A stretch of 64,000 nt of DNA from the IMG/VR virus record IMGVR_UViG_3300013289_000006. One strand, written 5' to 3'. Numbering within the stretch: position 1 is the stretch's first letter; the number at the start of each line of letters is the position of its first letter. Both the position numbers and the translations under genes were made by a program. Positions 52,742-63,375 of the stretch are shown one piece after another. Source of the DNA: a virus. Below the pieces are notes generated by a model. That model was not told the DNA's origin, ran no database searches, and worked only from the letters and a program-made list of their open reading frames with translations.

Positions 52742-54958
52742 ATGGCCTTACAAGTTGCATCGCTGTACGGGGTGTTGAGCCTTGATGACAGTGGATTTAA
52801 CCGGGGACTAAACAACGCCAAGAGCGGGCTGAGCGATCTGGGCGGCAACCTGCAACGGACGGGCGGCCAGATCAGTCTGGCGGCGGCTCCGATCGCAGGG
52901 TTATTCGGCGTGGCGACGAACCAAGCGATTAACTTCGACGAGGCGGTGACGAACACCGGCGCGATTCTGGGCTACACGCGCGACCAGATCGACCGGCTGG
53001 CGCTGGATCTGCTGGAGATCAGCGGCGGGAACACACGGGCTGGCCCGCAGGCGGTGGCCGAAGCGTTTTATGACATCGTGGGCGGTGTGCAAGACGCGAC
53101 CACGCATATGGCGATTTTGGACGCGGCGATCATGACCAGCCAAGCCGGTAACGCCCAGCTCGCCGGCACGACCAAAGCCCTGATCAGCACGATGAACAGC
53201 TACCAGTATTCGGCTGACCAAGCGGCGATGGTGAGCGATGTTCTGACGCAGACGGTGGGGATGGGCGTGGGATCGATGGACGAGTTCGCGGCAGCGCTGC
53301 CCCAAGTGACGGGGTTGGCGGCGAGCTTGGGCATCCCGCTGGAGAACGTCGGGAGCATGATGGCGTTTTTGACGACAAAGGGGAACACGGCCAGCCAAGC
53401 GGCGACGCAGTTGGGCGCGAATATGAGCGCGCTGATGAAGCCGAACGAGCAGATGAAAGACGCGCTGGCGGAGCTGGGATTTAACTCCGGCGAGGCGGCG
53501 ATTGAGCAGATGGGATTGTTGGGCGCGCTGCAAGCGGTGGCGGCGACGGCGACGGCACAGACAGAGGGTATGGCGGCGCTGCTGGGTACGCAGGAGGCGG
53601 TGCGCGGATCGACCTCGCTGATGGGGCAAGACTTCCTCGGATTTAACCGGACATTCGTCGAAGGGGTGGCGGGGATCACGGCGGCGACAGAGCAGATCCA
53701 GATGGGGAGCGCGGCGGCGGAGATGGATCTGTTCAACAGCCAGTTAAGCCAGATGGCGATCATCGCGGGGTACGCGCTGGTGCCGGCGCTGCTGCAAATG
53801 CTGGACACCGTGCGCCCGATCGTGACGGAGATCATCTCGTGGATCAGCCAGAACCCGGAGCTGACGGCGCAGATCGGCATACTGGCGTTCGGGGCGGTAG
53901 GTTTGGGGGCAGTACTGGCTGGCGTAGGATTGGCGGTAAGCACTTTAGGGACATTACTTGGGATATTGCTCAGCCCAGTTGTTCTGCTGGCCGGCGCAAT
54001 CGCGGGGTTGGTATTTGCAGCGAGCCAACTTTATCCGGGCGGTCTGTCCAAACTATTGAGTGATGCAGCAGTCAGCGCTCAAACATTGGGGCAAATACTT
54101 CAAATCATTCTTGTGGACGGATTGAATAAAGCCTCGCTCGCAGCGCAAAACATTGTCGGAATCATCATGATCGGCTTTAACCTCGCGGTCATTAGCGCTC
54201 AAACTATCGTGAATGGGTTTATTACAAGCATCCAGAATCTGATCACTGAAAACCAATTTTTGTTTGATCGTATCCAAGATTTAATTTTGGCGATTGGGAT
54301 TATGCGGGTGGGATTGATCGCCCATAACCTCATCGTTGGCATTTCGACGGCAGTCACATCCGGCTTGGCAACTGCTTCTTCACTGGCAGCCGCAGCCACC
54401 GGCGCTATCACTTTAGCGGTGAGCGCATTACTCAGCCCGGTTGTAACCGTGACTGCCGCGATTTGGGCACTTATATCAGCTTACCGAGAACTGCAAAAGT
54501 TTCAAGACACCGTCAAAGTGGCCGGACAGAATGCCCGGAATGTTGTTGCGCCGATGGTGACCAGCGGGCAAATTACGCCTCAGCAAGTGCGTGATCAAGC
54601 GTTTGCGTCCGCTCAATCTCAATTTACATCGATGTTGGGAGGGAGCGGTTTCTTGGGCGATCTGGCTACCCGCATGTTAGGCGACAACTTTATTAACTCG
54701 ATTGCCAATGCTGCCGGAGCAAATGCAATTCCGGGGCGCGCGGGCGGCGGGGATGTGATGGGCGGGCAGTCGTATCTGGTGGGGGAGCAGGGGCCGGAAC
54801 TGTTCACGCCGGGGGTGAGCGGGTACGTGAGCAGCAATGGTGACACGCAGCGGATGATGGGCAACACGTACAACATCACGATCAACGCCAGCACGGAAGC
54901 AGGCGGGCGAGCGGCGGGGCGCGGGTTCTTGGACGTGGTACGGGCACGAGGCGGATAG
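52742..54958 (+). CDS. Tape measure protein (copy 2)
   Basis: Same as 10003..12219. Confidence 0.92.
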   Translation: MALQVASLYGVLSLDDSGFNRGLNNAKSGLSDLGGNLQRTGGQISLAAAPIAGLFGVATNQAINFDEAVTNTGAILGYTRDQIDRLALDLLEISGGNTRAGPQAVAEAFYDIVGGVQDATTHMAILDAAIMTSQAGNAQLAGTTKALISTMNSYQYSADQAAMVSDVLTQTVGMGVGSMDEFAAALPQVTGLAASLGIPLENVGSMMAFLTTKGNTASQAATQLGANMSALMKPNEQMKDALAELGFNSGEAAIEQMGLLGALQAVAATATAQTEGMAALLGTQEAVRGSTSLMGQDFLGFNRTFVEGVAGITAATEQIQMGSAAAEMDLFNSQLSQMAIIAGYALVPALLQMLDTVRPIVTEIISWISQNPELTAQIGILAFGAVGLGAVLAGVGLAVSTLGTLLGILLSPVVLLAGAIAGLVFAASQLYPGGLSKLLSDAAVSAQTLGQILQIILVDGLNKASLAAQNIVGIIMIGFNLAVISAQTIVNGFITSIQNLITENQFLFDRIQDLILAIGIMRVGLIAHNLIVGISTAVTSGLATASSLAAAATGAITLAVSALLSPVVTVTAAIWALISAYRELQKFQDTVKVAGQNARNVVAPMVTSGQITPQQVRDQAFASAQSQFTSMLGGSGFLGDLATRMLGDNFINSIANAAGANAIPGRAGGGDVMGGQSYLVGEQGPELFTPGVSGYVSSNGDTQRMMGNTYNITINASTEAGGRAAGRGFLDVVRARGG

Positions 54959-54960
54959 CG

Positions 54961-55806
54961 ATGCACACATTAACACGGTTCGGACAAGGCAGCAGGGTGT
55001 ACACCTTCCCGGCGGATGGGCAGGTGAGCTACAGCGACAACTTCGGGCAGTTGGTGACGAAGACGCAGCGGCTGGCGGGGGTGCATGGCGGGATCAGCAG
55101 CTTGGGGACGGGGCGCGGGTTGCAGGCCATCGGGACGGTGCGAGCGGACGTGTGGTTGGAATTCACGGACGCGGCGGACGCTACCGATAAAGTGGATTCT
55201 GTGCGGGAGATGGCGGACTGGGGAATGCAGCCGCTGTTTATGCAGCCGCTGGTGGGCGTGGAGCGGTGGTGCTGGGCGCGCGTGACGGATATTCAGACGC
55301 CGATGAGCGTTCACAATGTGCCGCACCGACGGATTAAAGTGCCGATCACGTTCGAAGTGCCTGACCCATTCTGGCTGACGCCGGGGAATGAGACGCTGTG
55401 GGGCGAGTTCAACTGGGGCGGCGCGGATTGGGGCGGCGGGGCGACGGCGGAGACGGTGACGGGGAGCGAGGATTTGTCGATCACGGTGGGCGGAAACACG
55501 TTCACGCTGGCGCGGATCAGCATTGTGAACGACAGCGGGGCGGACGCGAGCGAGATCGTGATCCAGCGGGTGGTGAATGAGCGGGTGGAGGACGAGGTGA
55601 GCTGGAGCGGGACGCTGGCGGACGGAGAGACGCTGGAGATCGACGGGCGGCGGCAGTGGGTGGTGGTGAACGGGGCGCTGGACATGGAATTGTTCGACAG
55701 CCGGCAACCGGATTGGATACGGCTGAAGCCGGGGGTGAACACGCTGCGCGTGACATTGGCGGGCGAAGTGGATGTGGCGGTGAGCTATTTGGAGCGATAC
55801 ATATGA
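54961..55806 (+). CDS. Distal tail protein (copy 2)
   Basis: Same as 12222..13067. Confidence 0.8.
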   Translation: MHTLTRFGQGSRVYTFPADGQVSYSDNFGQLVTKTQRLAGVHGGISSLGTGRGLQAIGTVRADVWLEFTDAADATDKVDSVREMADWGMQPLFMQPLVGVERWCWARVTDIQTPMSVHNVPHRRIKVPITFEVPDPFWLTPGNETLWGEFNWGGADWGGGATAETVTGSEDLSITVGGNTFTLARISIVNDSGADASEIVIQRVVNERVEDEVSWSGTLADGETLEIDGRRQWVVVNGALDMELFDSRQPDWIRLKPGVNTLRVTLAGEVDVAVSYLERYI

Positions 55807-56900
55807 CGATCACGATGAGTATTACCACGTCAGGCATTTTGAACGGGGCGGTGGCGAATGACACGACGGTGACGGTGCCGCTGAACCAACTGCTGACGCT
55901 GCTGAACAACATCGCCAACGGGGCGCAGAACTTGGAACAGGTGCGCTTCGCCGAGTTGGGAGCCACACCCAGCACCCCGGCGAGCGGGCTGTGGAAGATT
56001 TATTTCCGCAGCGGCGGGCTGTACATTTTGGACGACGTGGGGACGGAGACGGCGATTCCGCTGACGACGGTGAGCACGATGGGGCAGCCATGCGAGGGGC
56101 GGCTGACGCTGACGAGCGGGACGCCGGTGACAACCACTGATGTGACGGCAGCGACGACGATTTACTTCACGCCCTACAAGGGCAACCGGATCAGCTTATA
56201 TGATGGTTCCGGATGGGACATTTACACGTTCACGGAGCGTTCGCTGTCGTTGAGCGGGCTGACGGCGGACACGAATTATGATGTCTTCATCTACGACAAC
56301 ACCGGCACACTAACGCTGCAAGCGGTGGCATGGACGAACGCGACGACGCGGGCGACGGCGATCACGCTGCAAGACGGGATCTACGTGCAAAGCGGATCAC
56401 TTACGCGGCGGTATCTGGGCACGTTTAGGACGACGAGCAGCACCGGGCAGACCGAAGATAGTTTGCTGCGGCGCTACGTTTGGAACTACTACAACCGGAC
56501 GTCGCGGACGCTGCTGGTGACGGACAGCACGGATAGCTGGACATACGCGACGGCCAGCTACCGCAGTTTGAATAACAGCACGAATAACCGGGTGCAGTTC
56601 ATCATCGGGGTGAATGAGGAGATCGTGGAGCTGCGGCACTACCTGACCTCGATCACGCAGGGGGTGACACCGGGGATCGCGCTGGACGCGACGAACGCGA
56701 ACAACGCGCTGCTGCGATCCCTGACCGCTTCGGCGGCGGCGTCGCAGGTGGGCATCTCGGAATATCGCGGTTATCCCGGCATCGGCTACCACTATTTGCA
56801 ACTGACGGAGCAAGGGAACGGCAGCACGGCGACGATCTACGGAGACGCGGGTGTGCCGGGCAGCTTGCAAATGGGCGGCATCGGGCAGTTGGCAGCTTAA
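55803..56900 (+). CDS. Tail fibre (copy 2)
   Basis: Same as 13064..14161. Confidence 0.7.
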   Translation: MTITMSITTSGILNGAVANDTTVTVPLNQLLTLLNNIANGAQNLEQVRFAELGATPSTPASGLWKIYFRSGGLYILDDVGTETAIPLTTVSTMGQPCEGRLTLTSGTPVTTTDVTAATTIYFTPYKGNRISLYDGSGWDIYTFTERSLSLSGLTADTNYDVFIYDNTGTLTLQAVAWTNATTRATAITLQDGIYVQSGSLTRRYLGTFRTTSSTGQTEDSLLRRYVWNYYNRTSRTLLVTDSTDSWTYATASYRSLNNSTNNRVQFIIGVNEEIVELRHYLTSITQGVTPGIALDATNANNALLRSLTASAAASQVGISEYRGYPGIGYHYLQLTEQGNGSTATIYGDAGVPGSLQMGGIGQLAA

Positions 56901-56908
56901 GGAGGCGA

Positions 56909-57247
56909 ATGAGGATGGCGAAGATACAGGTGGCGGACGTGCATGACCTGCTGCTGAAGGCGGGAATCCCGGTGGACGGGGTGGCGACGGCGAAGGGCGA
57001 CCAGATCGACCGGATCGACTTCGGAGCGGATGCAACCGAGGCGCAGCAGAAAGAGGCGTGGGCGCTGGTGAAGGCGTATGACGCGGAGGCGGCGGCGATT
57101 GAACGCGAGGCGAAAGCAGCGGAGCTGAAGGCCGCGCTGGAGACGAAGGTGGAGATCAGCGACGCGAACAGCATCGCCGCGCTGCGGGCGATCATCGAAA
57201 AGCAGCAAGCGCAGATTGACGCCTTGATCGCAACAAGGAAGGGATGA
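56909..57247 (+). CDS. Small tail-associated protein (copy 2)
   Basis: Same as 14170..14508. Confidence 0.6.
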   Translation: MRMAKIQVADVHDLLLKAGIPVDGVATAKGDQIDRIDFGADATEAQQKEAWALVKAYDAEAAAIEREAKAAELKAALETKVEISDANSIAALRAIIEKQQAQIDALIATRKG

Positions 57248-59094
57248 TGCGCGTCTGGGCGGATGTTTACAACCCGGCGGGAAGCAAGCTGACGACGGTG
57301 ACGGCCATCATCAGCGCGGGGGTGCGGGAGCGGCTGGACGAGGCGGGGAGTTTTAATTTGCAATGCCCGGCCAGCGACGAGCGAGCGCTGACGTATCTGG
57401 TGCGCGGGAACGAGGTGCGCATTTATGTGCAGGAGGACGCGGAAACCCCGCAATTGTGGGGGGCGGGGCTGATTTTGCGGCGGAAGGTGGAAGAGCGCGA
57501 AAACGGGATCGGGCTGAACATCGAAGGGCGCGACCTGCTGACGGAGCTGCGGCGGCCCACGGTGGGCTTGGGGCGGACGTATGAGGCGCAGACGGTGGAG
57601 ACGATCATCGACGATCTGGTGGAGCTGGTGGGCGGCTGGACGGTGAGCTATGAGACGGCGACGGCGACACGGCTGCAAACGGCACGGTATGACGGGGCGA
57701 AGGTGCTGAAGGCGCTGGTGCGGACGGTGGAGGAGTTGGGCGTCCATTTCCGCAACGGGGAGACGCCGCGCGTGCTGGAGGTGGGGGCGTTCGGGACGGC
57801 GGCGACGACGGACAGCGGGCTGCAAGTGCGGCTGATCAAACCACCGAGCAGCATCACACGCGAGCTGTACGACGCGGACGAGATCGTGCTGGTGGACGAG
57901 ATCAGCGTGACGGAAGACGACGACGAGATCGTGAACTACATGATCCCATTGGGCGCGGGCGAAGGCAGCGCGGCGACGACGCTGAAAGACACGAGCTACC
58001 GGATTTTGAACGCTTCCGATAATTCCATTTATCGAGCGGGGATCATCCCCACCTACCCCATTTACCGGCGGGTGAATGACTTCGGGATCGAAGAGTACGC
58101 GATTGACGCGAGCGCGGGCGGCGACCGTTGGGAAGAGGTGACGACGTTTAAGGAGATCGCGCCGGTGGCGAACAGCGATCTGGCACGGCAGTTGGCGAGC
58201 GACGCGCTGGCGGACGCTGCGATGGCGGACCTAACACGACGACGCGAGGCGTTGGTGACGTATGCGCTAAGCGTGCAGAAGGCGCGGCTGAAGATTCGAC
58301 CGGGCGAACTGGTACGTTTGACATATCGTGGGATTGTGCCGATCCGGGGGCTGGAGACGGCCATGAGCGACGAGCTGACGTACATCGACGTGGACGAGGA
58401 TCTGTGGGTGATGGCGGTGCAGCGGAACATCAGCGATTCGGGCATTCGCTACGACTTCGAGGTGAGCACGATTGACCGGCTGCCGAAGACGGCGGAAGAG
58501 ATGATGGTGGAAGTGGTCGAGTCGGTGGAGGCACGGAACGTCAGTGTGCAGAACATCGTCACGGCATATGAAAAAAGCTCATGGGACACGGTGCAGTGGG
58601 GCAGCGCCAGTTACTGGCAAAAGCGGGCGAGCTTCCCACTGCTGATTGATAATGAGGTGTTGGACATCATCAGCGTCAAACTGAACTTCCGCACCCGGCC
58701 ACTGAGCGCGACAACCACCTTCGACCACTACAACGGCCTCGCCCCCAACGATTCTTTCTTGGGTTCATATGCTTTTCAGGTACGTGAAAGCACCAATTAT
58801 CCGCGCAATATTCGACTATTCATCAACGGGGTGAATGTAACGATAGCGCTTGGAGGCCCATGGGGGCCAAGCAACGCGGCGGTGAATGTGTCGCTGGACA
58901 TTTCGCCATACATCATTGAAGCGGCGGGCGGGATTTACCAAGAGCATTTGATCGAGTTCGAATGTGAGGAAGCTACGGGGAGCGATCTGGTGCAGGTCGT
59001 TATCGGAAGCACGTCAGTGGTAAACACGTCACATGGGTTCATCCACGCGAGCACACGGGTGCTGGCGGTGGCGAGAGCGATTGTACCCACTTAA
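57244..59094 (+). CDS. Tal-like tail protein (copy 2)
   Basis: Same as 14505..16355. Confidence 0.75.
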   Translation: MMRVWADVYNPAGSKLTTVTAIISAGVRERLDEAGSFNLQCPASDERALTYLVRGNEVRIYVQEDAETPQLWGAGLILRRKVEERENGIGLNIEGRDLLTELRRPTVGLGRTYEAQTVETIIDDLVELVGGWTVSYETATATRLQTARYDGAKVLKALVRTVEELGVHFRNGETPRVLEVGAFGTAATTDSGLQVRLIKPPSSITRELYDADEIVLVDEISVTEDDDEIVNYMIPLGAGEGSAATTLKDTSYRILNASDNSIYRAGIIPTYPIYRRVNDFGIEEYAIDASAGGDRWEEVTTFKEIAPVANSDLARQLASDALADAAMADLTRRREALVTYALSVQKARLKIRPGELVRLTYRGIVPIRGLETAMSDELTYIDVDEDLWVMAVQRNISDSGIRYDFEVSTIDRLPKTAEEMMVEVVESVEARNVSVQNIVTAYEKSSWDTVQWGSASYWQKRASFPLLIDNEVLDIISVKLNFRTRPLSATTTFDHYNGLAPNDSFLGSYAFQVRESTNYPRNIRLFINGVNVTIALGGPWGPSNAAVNVSLDISPYIIEAAGGIYQEHLIEFECEEATGSDLVQVVIGSTSVVNTSHGFIHASTRVLAVARAIVPT

Positions 59095-59101
59095 GGAGGC
59101 G

Positions 59102-59413
59102 ATGATGTTGAGGATTGTGATTATCTTCGTGCTCGTGCTGGCGCTGAGTATGATGCTGCCGGCGGAGGGCGAGGCGCAGGGTACGGCGGGCTACGAGGTG
59201 ACGGTGAGCGCACCGGTGAGCGGGATGCTGCCGATCAACCACACGTTCAGCATTGAGGTGCTGGACGGCGCGACGGGCTTGTATGAGACGCGGACAATGC
59301 GGGTTGAGCGGTATGTGATCTGGTTGCAGCCGATACGCCCGCCGGAATATTTATGTGTGTTGGACGGCACCGGTTCGTGGTTTATTTTCAACCGTGCGAC
59401 TATTGACGGATAA
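59102..59413 (+). CDS. Small exported protein (copy 2)
   Basis: Same as 16363..16674. Confidence 0.65.
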   Translation: MMLRIVIIFVLVLALSMMLPAEGEAQGTAGYEVTVSAPVSGMLPINHTFSIEVLDGATGLYETRTMRVERYVIWLQPIRPPEYLCVLDGTGSWFIFNRATIDG

Positions 59414-59428
59414 GCAAAGGATTGTCCG

Positions 59429-60211
59429 ATGGCATCTGAAGTCACAATCTCACTGGTGTTTAATATCCTGCTGGCCATTGTGGGCGTGTGGGTGTACAGC
59501 AGCCGCACGCAGATCAAAACCAAGGCGGAGCAGCAGGAGATGGACAACAAGCTACGGCTGCAAGATGCTGAGAGCCGATTGAGCCGGCAGAACGCGGAGA
59601 TCCGCGAGCGTTCGGAGCTGCTGGGGATGATCCGCGAGCTGACCAAGCAGGGGCAAACCTTTCTGGCGTCGCTGGACAAGATGGAAGAGCAGAAGGAAGA
59701 AGACTACAAGGTGCTGAAGCATGTGGTGGAGGACGGGACGCGAAACGTGCTGACGGAGATCAAGAACGCGGAGGGACGGTTCGTGAAGCGGATCGACGAG
59801 CTGGACGCGAGCTTGGGGACGAAGAGCACGGAATGGATACAGACGGTGGCGAGCGAGTTCGCGGTGACGCTGGCGAATAAATTTAACGAGGTAATCGCCC
59901 AGCAGAGCAACTACCCCTTCCCCACGCCGAACGACCCGGAATGGCACGGCGATTTTATGAAGGCGCTGGTGACGCACGCGCATGTGTATGACCGGACGAT
60001 CGCGACGGAGGCCAACCGGATCGGGGTGGAGATCGCAACCGAGGGGCAAAACGTGGAGCTGATCCGCGGCTGGAAGAAGGATTGGATCGGGGTGCGGTTC
60101 GTGCATAACGGCAAGCCGATCTGGGGGTGGGTGCAGGAGCACGAGGTGGTGGTGGGCAAGACGGCGGTGAAGCTGGCGACCAGCGAAGTGACGGTTGTGC
60201 CGGCGAGTTGA
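59429..60211 (+). CDS. Membrane coiled-coil SH3 protein (copy 2)
   Basis: Same as 16690..17472. Confidence 0.6.
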   Translation: MASEVTISLVFNILLAIVGVWVYSSRTQIKTKAEQQEMDNKLRLQDAESRLSRQNAEIRERSELLGMIRELTKQGQTFLASLDKMEEQKEEDYKVLKHVVEDGTRNVLTEIKNAEGRFVKRIDELDASLGTKSTEWIQTVASEFAVTLANKFNEVIAQQSNYPFPTPNDPEWHGDFMKALVTHAHVYDRTIATEANRIGVEIATEGQNVELIRGWKKDWIGVRFVHNGKPIWGWVQEHEVVVGKTAVKLATSEVTVVPAS

Positions 60212-60347
60212 GCATTTAGGAAAACGTAATCCCCGCAGCTCCCCGCTCCGGATGGCATCAAGACTGTCTTAAGGCAGTTGTTCACTAAGTTTTGACGACA
60301 ATGGCATAGTCAGATCATCTGACAACAATTACGAGGACAGGTGAGCC

Positions 60348-60827
60348 ATGATGAGGATGCGTTCGGTTCTGATAATGTTGATTCTGTTGGTGCTTTGCTT
60401 CGGCGCGCCGGCGCTGGCGCAGGAGCTGGTGACGAATACGCCGGTGGTGGAAGTGGTGGCCACGGCTGAACCGATACCCGATCTGGTCGAAAGCCCGGCG
60501 GAAGAGTCGGTGGGCTTGGTGCTGAGCACGATCCGCGAAGTGCTGCCGTGGTTGGTGGCGATTGTGCTGGTGGTGCTGCTGATGGCGCTCATATTGGGGC
60601 GGACGGCGATCATCCAGCTTGGGGCGAGTGTGCCAGCGTTTGTGTATGAGGCGGGCAAGGGCGCGCTGCTGGCGAGTGTTGAGCAGGCTGAGCGGCATGT
60701 TGAGCTGACGGCGACGACGATTGACGACGAGGCGCTGAACGAGTTGAAGGTACAAATCAGCAGCCTGATCAAGCAGATCGAAGAGTTACGGGCGCAAGTG
60801 ACGCCTACGGTATTCCCACAGGGATAA
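60348..60827 (+). CDS. Holin-like membrane protein (copy 2)
   Basis: Same as 17609..18088. Confidence 0.5.
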   Translation: MMRMRSVLIMLILLVLCFGAPALAQELVTNTPVVEVVATAEPIPDLVESPAEESVGLVLSTIREVLPWLVAIVLVVLLMALILGRTAIIQLGASVPAFVYEAGKGALLASVEQAERHVELTATTIDDEALNELKVQISSLIKQIEELRAQVTPTVFPQG

Positions 60828-60828
60828 G

Positions 60829-62229
60829 ATGCCAAGCAGCTTCGCATCACTGCACATACTGGCGGACGGGTGCAACGACGCGGACATCCGGCGGGCGGGG
60901 GCGTTTTTACAGCGGAGCGGCTGTAGACACTACAACCTGACCGCCGCGGCGCGTTACAACGAGAGCGAGAAGATCATCCGCGAGCTGCGGCGGATGGCCC
61001 CGAACGCTCAACCGCTGTGGCGCGGCTGGGACAAGGATGTGCTGGACGACGGGACGATCTGGGAGCGGACGCAGCCGGTGGAGTGGATCAACTACCGGAT
61101 CGTGCCGAATTTGCACTGGCTGAAGGAACTGGACGTGATCGTGGTGACCACCAACGAGGTGGGGGTACACGGCGAGCGGGCGCGGCAGTTCGCCGTGTGG
61201 GAGGCGGACTGTGTGAAGCTGGCGGCCAAGAACCACGGGGTGCGGCTGGCGGTGCTGCGGTTGAGCACGGGCAATCCGCTGGAGACAGAGCGGCAGAACT
61301 ACGATGTGCTGCTGAAGGCGGCGGGACAGCATAACGCGATCCTCAGCCCGAACGAGTACAGCAGTTCGCGCGGGGATGTGGTGACGAACTGGCATGTGGG
61401 GCGGGCGGGATGGATGCACGAGCGGCAAGACGCGCTGGGTGTGCCGCGCTCGCTGATGGTGGTGGGCGAGTGGGGAATCGCGCATGTGAACCCGGATTAC
61501 AGCCTCGACCCGTACAAGGGCTATGCGTGGGTAGGAACGGATGTGGGCGAGCATGTGCGGGTGTTGAAGCGGGACGGCGAGATTTACCGCCAGCGCGGGG
61601 TGAGCGTGTGCGTGTTCGTGTTCGGAGGTTGGAAGAACAACAGCTTCAGCATCCACAAGGATGAGCCGCTGTTGCAGGCGGTGGAAATGGCCGCACAAAG
61701 AGGAGAGTTGGATCTGATGGAAAACGATGTGGTGACAGCACCGGTGATTATGCCTCCGCCGTTTGGTCATGCGGTGCTAGATATTGTAAAGGTTGAAAGC
61801 ATTCCCGGCGGGATACGCAACCTGCGGAAAGAATCCCGATACAACACGACCGACATGGGCGATGTGAGAGTGGGCGACATTCTGCGGCGGTATGATGTAA
61901 GAGTCAACGGCGCAGTGAAAGCGGGCGTCTTCGGCGTGTGGCAGTTCGTGGAGAAGCTGGACGCGACCGACACGGTGATCGAAGCGGGGTGGATGTGGGT
62001 CGATGATGTGGACGTCGAGGTGGTGGAAGACCTAGAGCAACCGGAAGATCCACCGGCAGAGCCAAACCCCGTGCCGGGCGGGCCGTATGTGGAGGTGACG
62101 CGGGCGCTGGCGGCTGAGATGGCGGAGACACACCGGCGGCTGCACGCGGCGTATGTGGAGATGGCGGCGCAGGCGAAGGCGCTGGCGGACATTTGGGAGA
62201 AGATCGCCAAGCAGACCGGCAGCGCTTGA
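60829..62229 (+). CDS. Candidate endolysin (copy 2)
   Basis: Same as 18090..19490. Confidence 0.6.
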   Translation: MPSSFASLHILADGCNDADIRRAGAFLQRSGCRHYNLTAAARYNESEKIIRELRRMAPNAQPLWRGWDKDVLDDGTIWERTQPVEWINYRIVPNLHWLKELDVIVVTTNEVGVHGERARQFAVWEADCVKLAAKNHGVRLAVLRLSTGNPLETERQNYDVLLKAAGQHNAILSPNEYSSSRGDVVTNWHVGRAGWMHERQDALGVPRSLMVVGEWGIAHVNPDYSLDPYKGYAWVGTDVGEHVRVLKRDGEIYRQRGVSVCVFVFGGWKNNSFSIHKDEPLLQAVEMAAQRGELDLMENDVVTAPVIMPPPFGHAVLDIVKVESIPGGIRNLRKESRYNTTDMGDVRVGDILRRYDVRVNGAVKAGVFGVWQFVEKLDATDTVIEAGWMWVDDVDVEVVEDLEQPEDPPAEPNPVPGGPYVEVTRALAAEMAETHRRLHAAYVEMAAQAKALADIWEKIAKQTGSA

Positions 62230-62338
62230 GAAGGACAATTATCGGTAGCAGACCCCTCGATTTCGAGGGGTTTTTATTTGTGTACCGGACAAACGGCTGT
62301 AAGATGTAAGCAAGGTAAATAATACGAGGGGTGGATGT

Positions 62339-63010
62339 ATGAAGCGCAAGAACAGCGAGAAAAAGGGTTCGGTTCGTGGATGCTCGATCATATTTATGTT
62401 CCTGCTGATCGGGTTCGTGTTTTATGTGGTGAACGAGATCAGCCGGCCAGCGCCTCGATCAGCCCCTACCCCTGAAGGCGGCGTGACGATGATTCCACAA
62501 GCGACAGGAGAAGCGGTGATGAGCAATCTGGATTTGATCAAGACGACGCTGACGATGGCGCAGACTCCGCCGATTTTGGACGTGGTGGTGAATGATGACA
62601 TTAAGCGGGTGCAGATCGTCTTCACATCGGGGAACACGCTGGCGGAGATCGAACAGCAGATGCAGACGGTTTTTTGTGCCGCAGCGCCGGTGATCCCCGC
62701 CGGTTACGATATGCGGCTGGGGGCAAAGGCCAGCAACAGCATTACGCTGGCGACGGCGGTAATTAATGCGAACAAGATGCGACCTGCTAGCTGCGTGGGG
62801 AACATCAATTGGGCGACGTTCGCGGACGAATATAACCCGGCGAGCGGGTTGGTGGCTGCACCGACGGTTGCCCGCGCTGCACCACAGCAGCAGCAGCGGC
62901 GGCCTGACAACTGCGAAGAGGCGCGAGCGATGGGATTAAGTGAGCGCGAGGCGGCTCAGTGGGATCATTTAGACCGCGATAATGATGGGGTTGCCTGCTA
63001 CGGCGACTAG
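62339..63010 (+). CDS. Excalibur-domain membrane protein (copy 2)
   Basis: Same as 19600..20271. Confidence 0.8.
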   Translation: MKRKNSEKKGSVRGCSIIFMFLLIGFVFYVVNEISRPAPRSAPTPEGGVTMIPQATGEAVMSNLDLIKTTLTMAQTPPILDVVVNDDIKRVQIVFTSGNTLAEIEQQMQTVFCAAAPVIPAGYDMRLGAKASNSITLATAVINANKMRPASCVGNINWATFADEYNPASGLVAAPTVARAAPQQQQRRPDNCEEARAMGLSEREAAQWDHLDRDNDGVACYGD

Positions 63011-63125
63011 CTAAATTGACAGCAGCGCACGAGGGGGGTGGGTGCGCTGCTGCCAACCGGAGAACCGGACGAGAAAGGGAAGAACGAACAGCCCCTAGTT
63101 TGACAGCAGCGCAACCGGTTAACGC

Positions 63126-63374
63126 TCACGAATCATCGGGCGTACCAAATTGGTCGAAGAACTGGGCGCGGCTAAGGGTGATGTAGTAGGCAGCACAGCG
63201 CGGGTTGAGACAGTCGGTGAGGGTGTAGCCGGGGCGATCCGGCAAGCCGGAGGGCTGGTCGAATTCGCGGCGGGTGTATTCCCCACAGGACGGGCAGCAC
63301 AAGCCTTCGGTTTGCAGGTAGCTGGCGCGACCCGGACGGTCGATGCGACGGCGGGTGGGTTGAGGGGGCATCAT
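63126..63374 (-). CDS. Zinc-ribbon protein (copy 2)
   Basis: Same as 20387..20635. Confidence 0.6.
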   Translation of the reverse strand: MMPPQPTRRRIDRPGRASYLQTEGLCCPSCGEYTRREFDQPSGLPDRPGYTLTDCLNPRCAAYYITLSRAQFFDQFGTPDDS

Positions 63375-63375
63375 G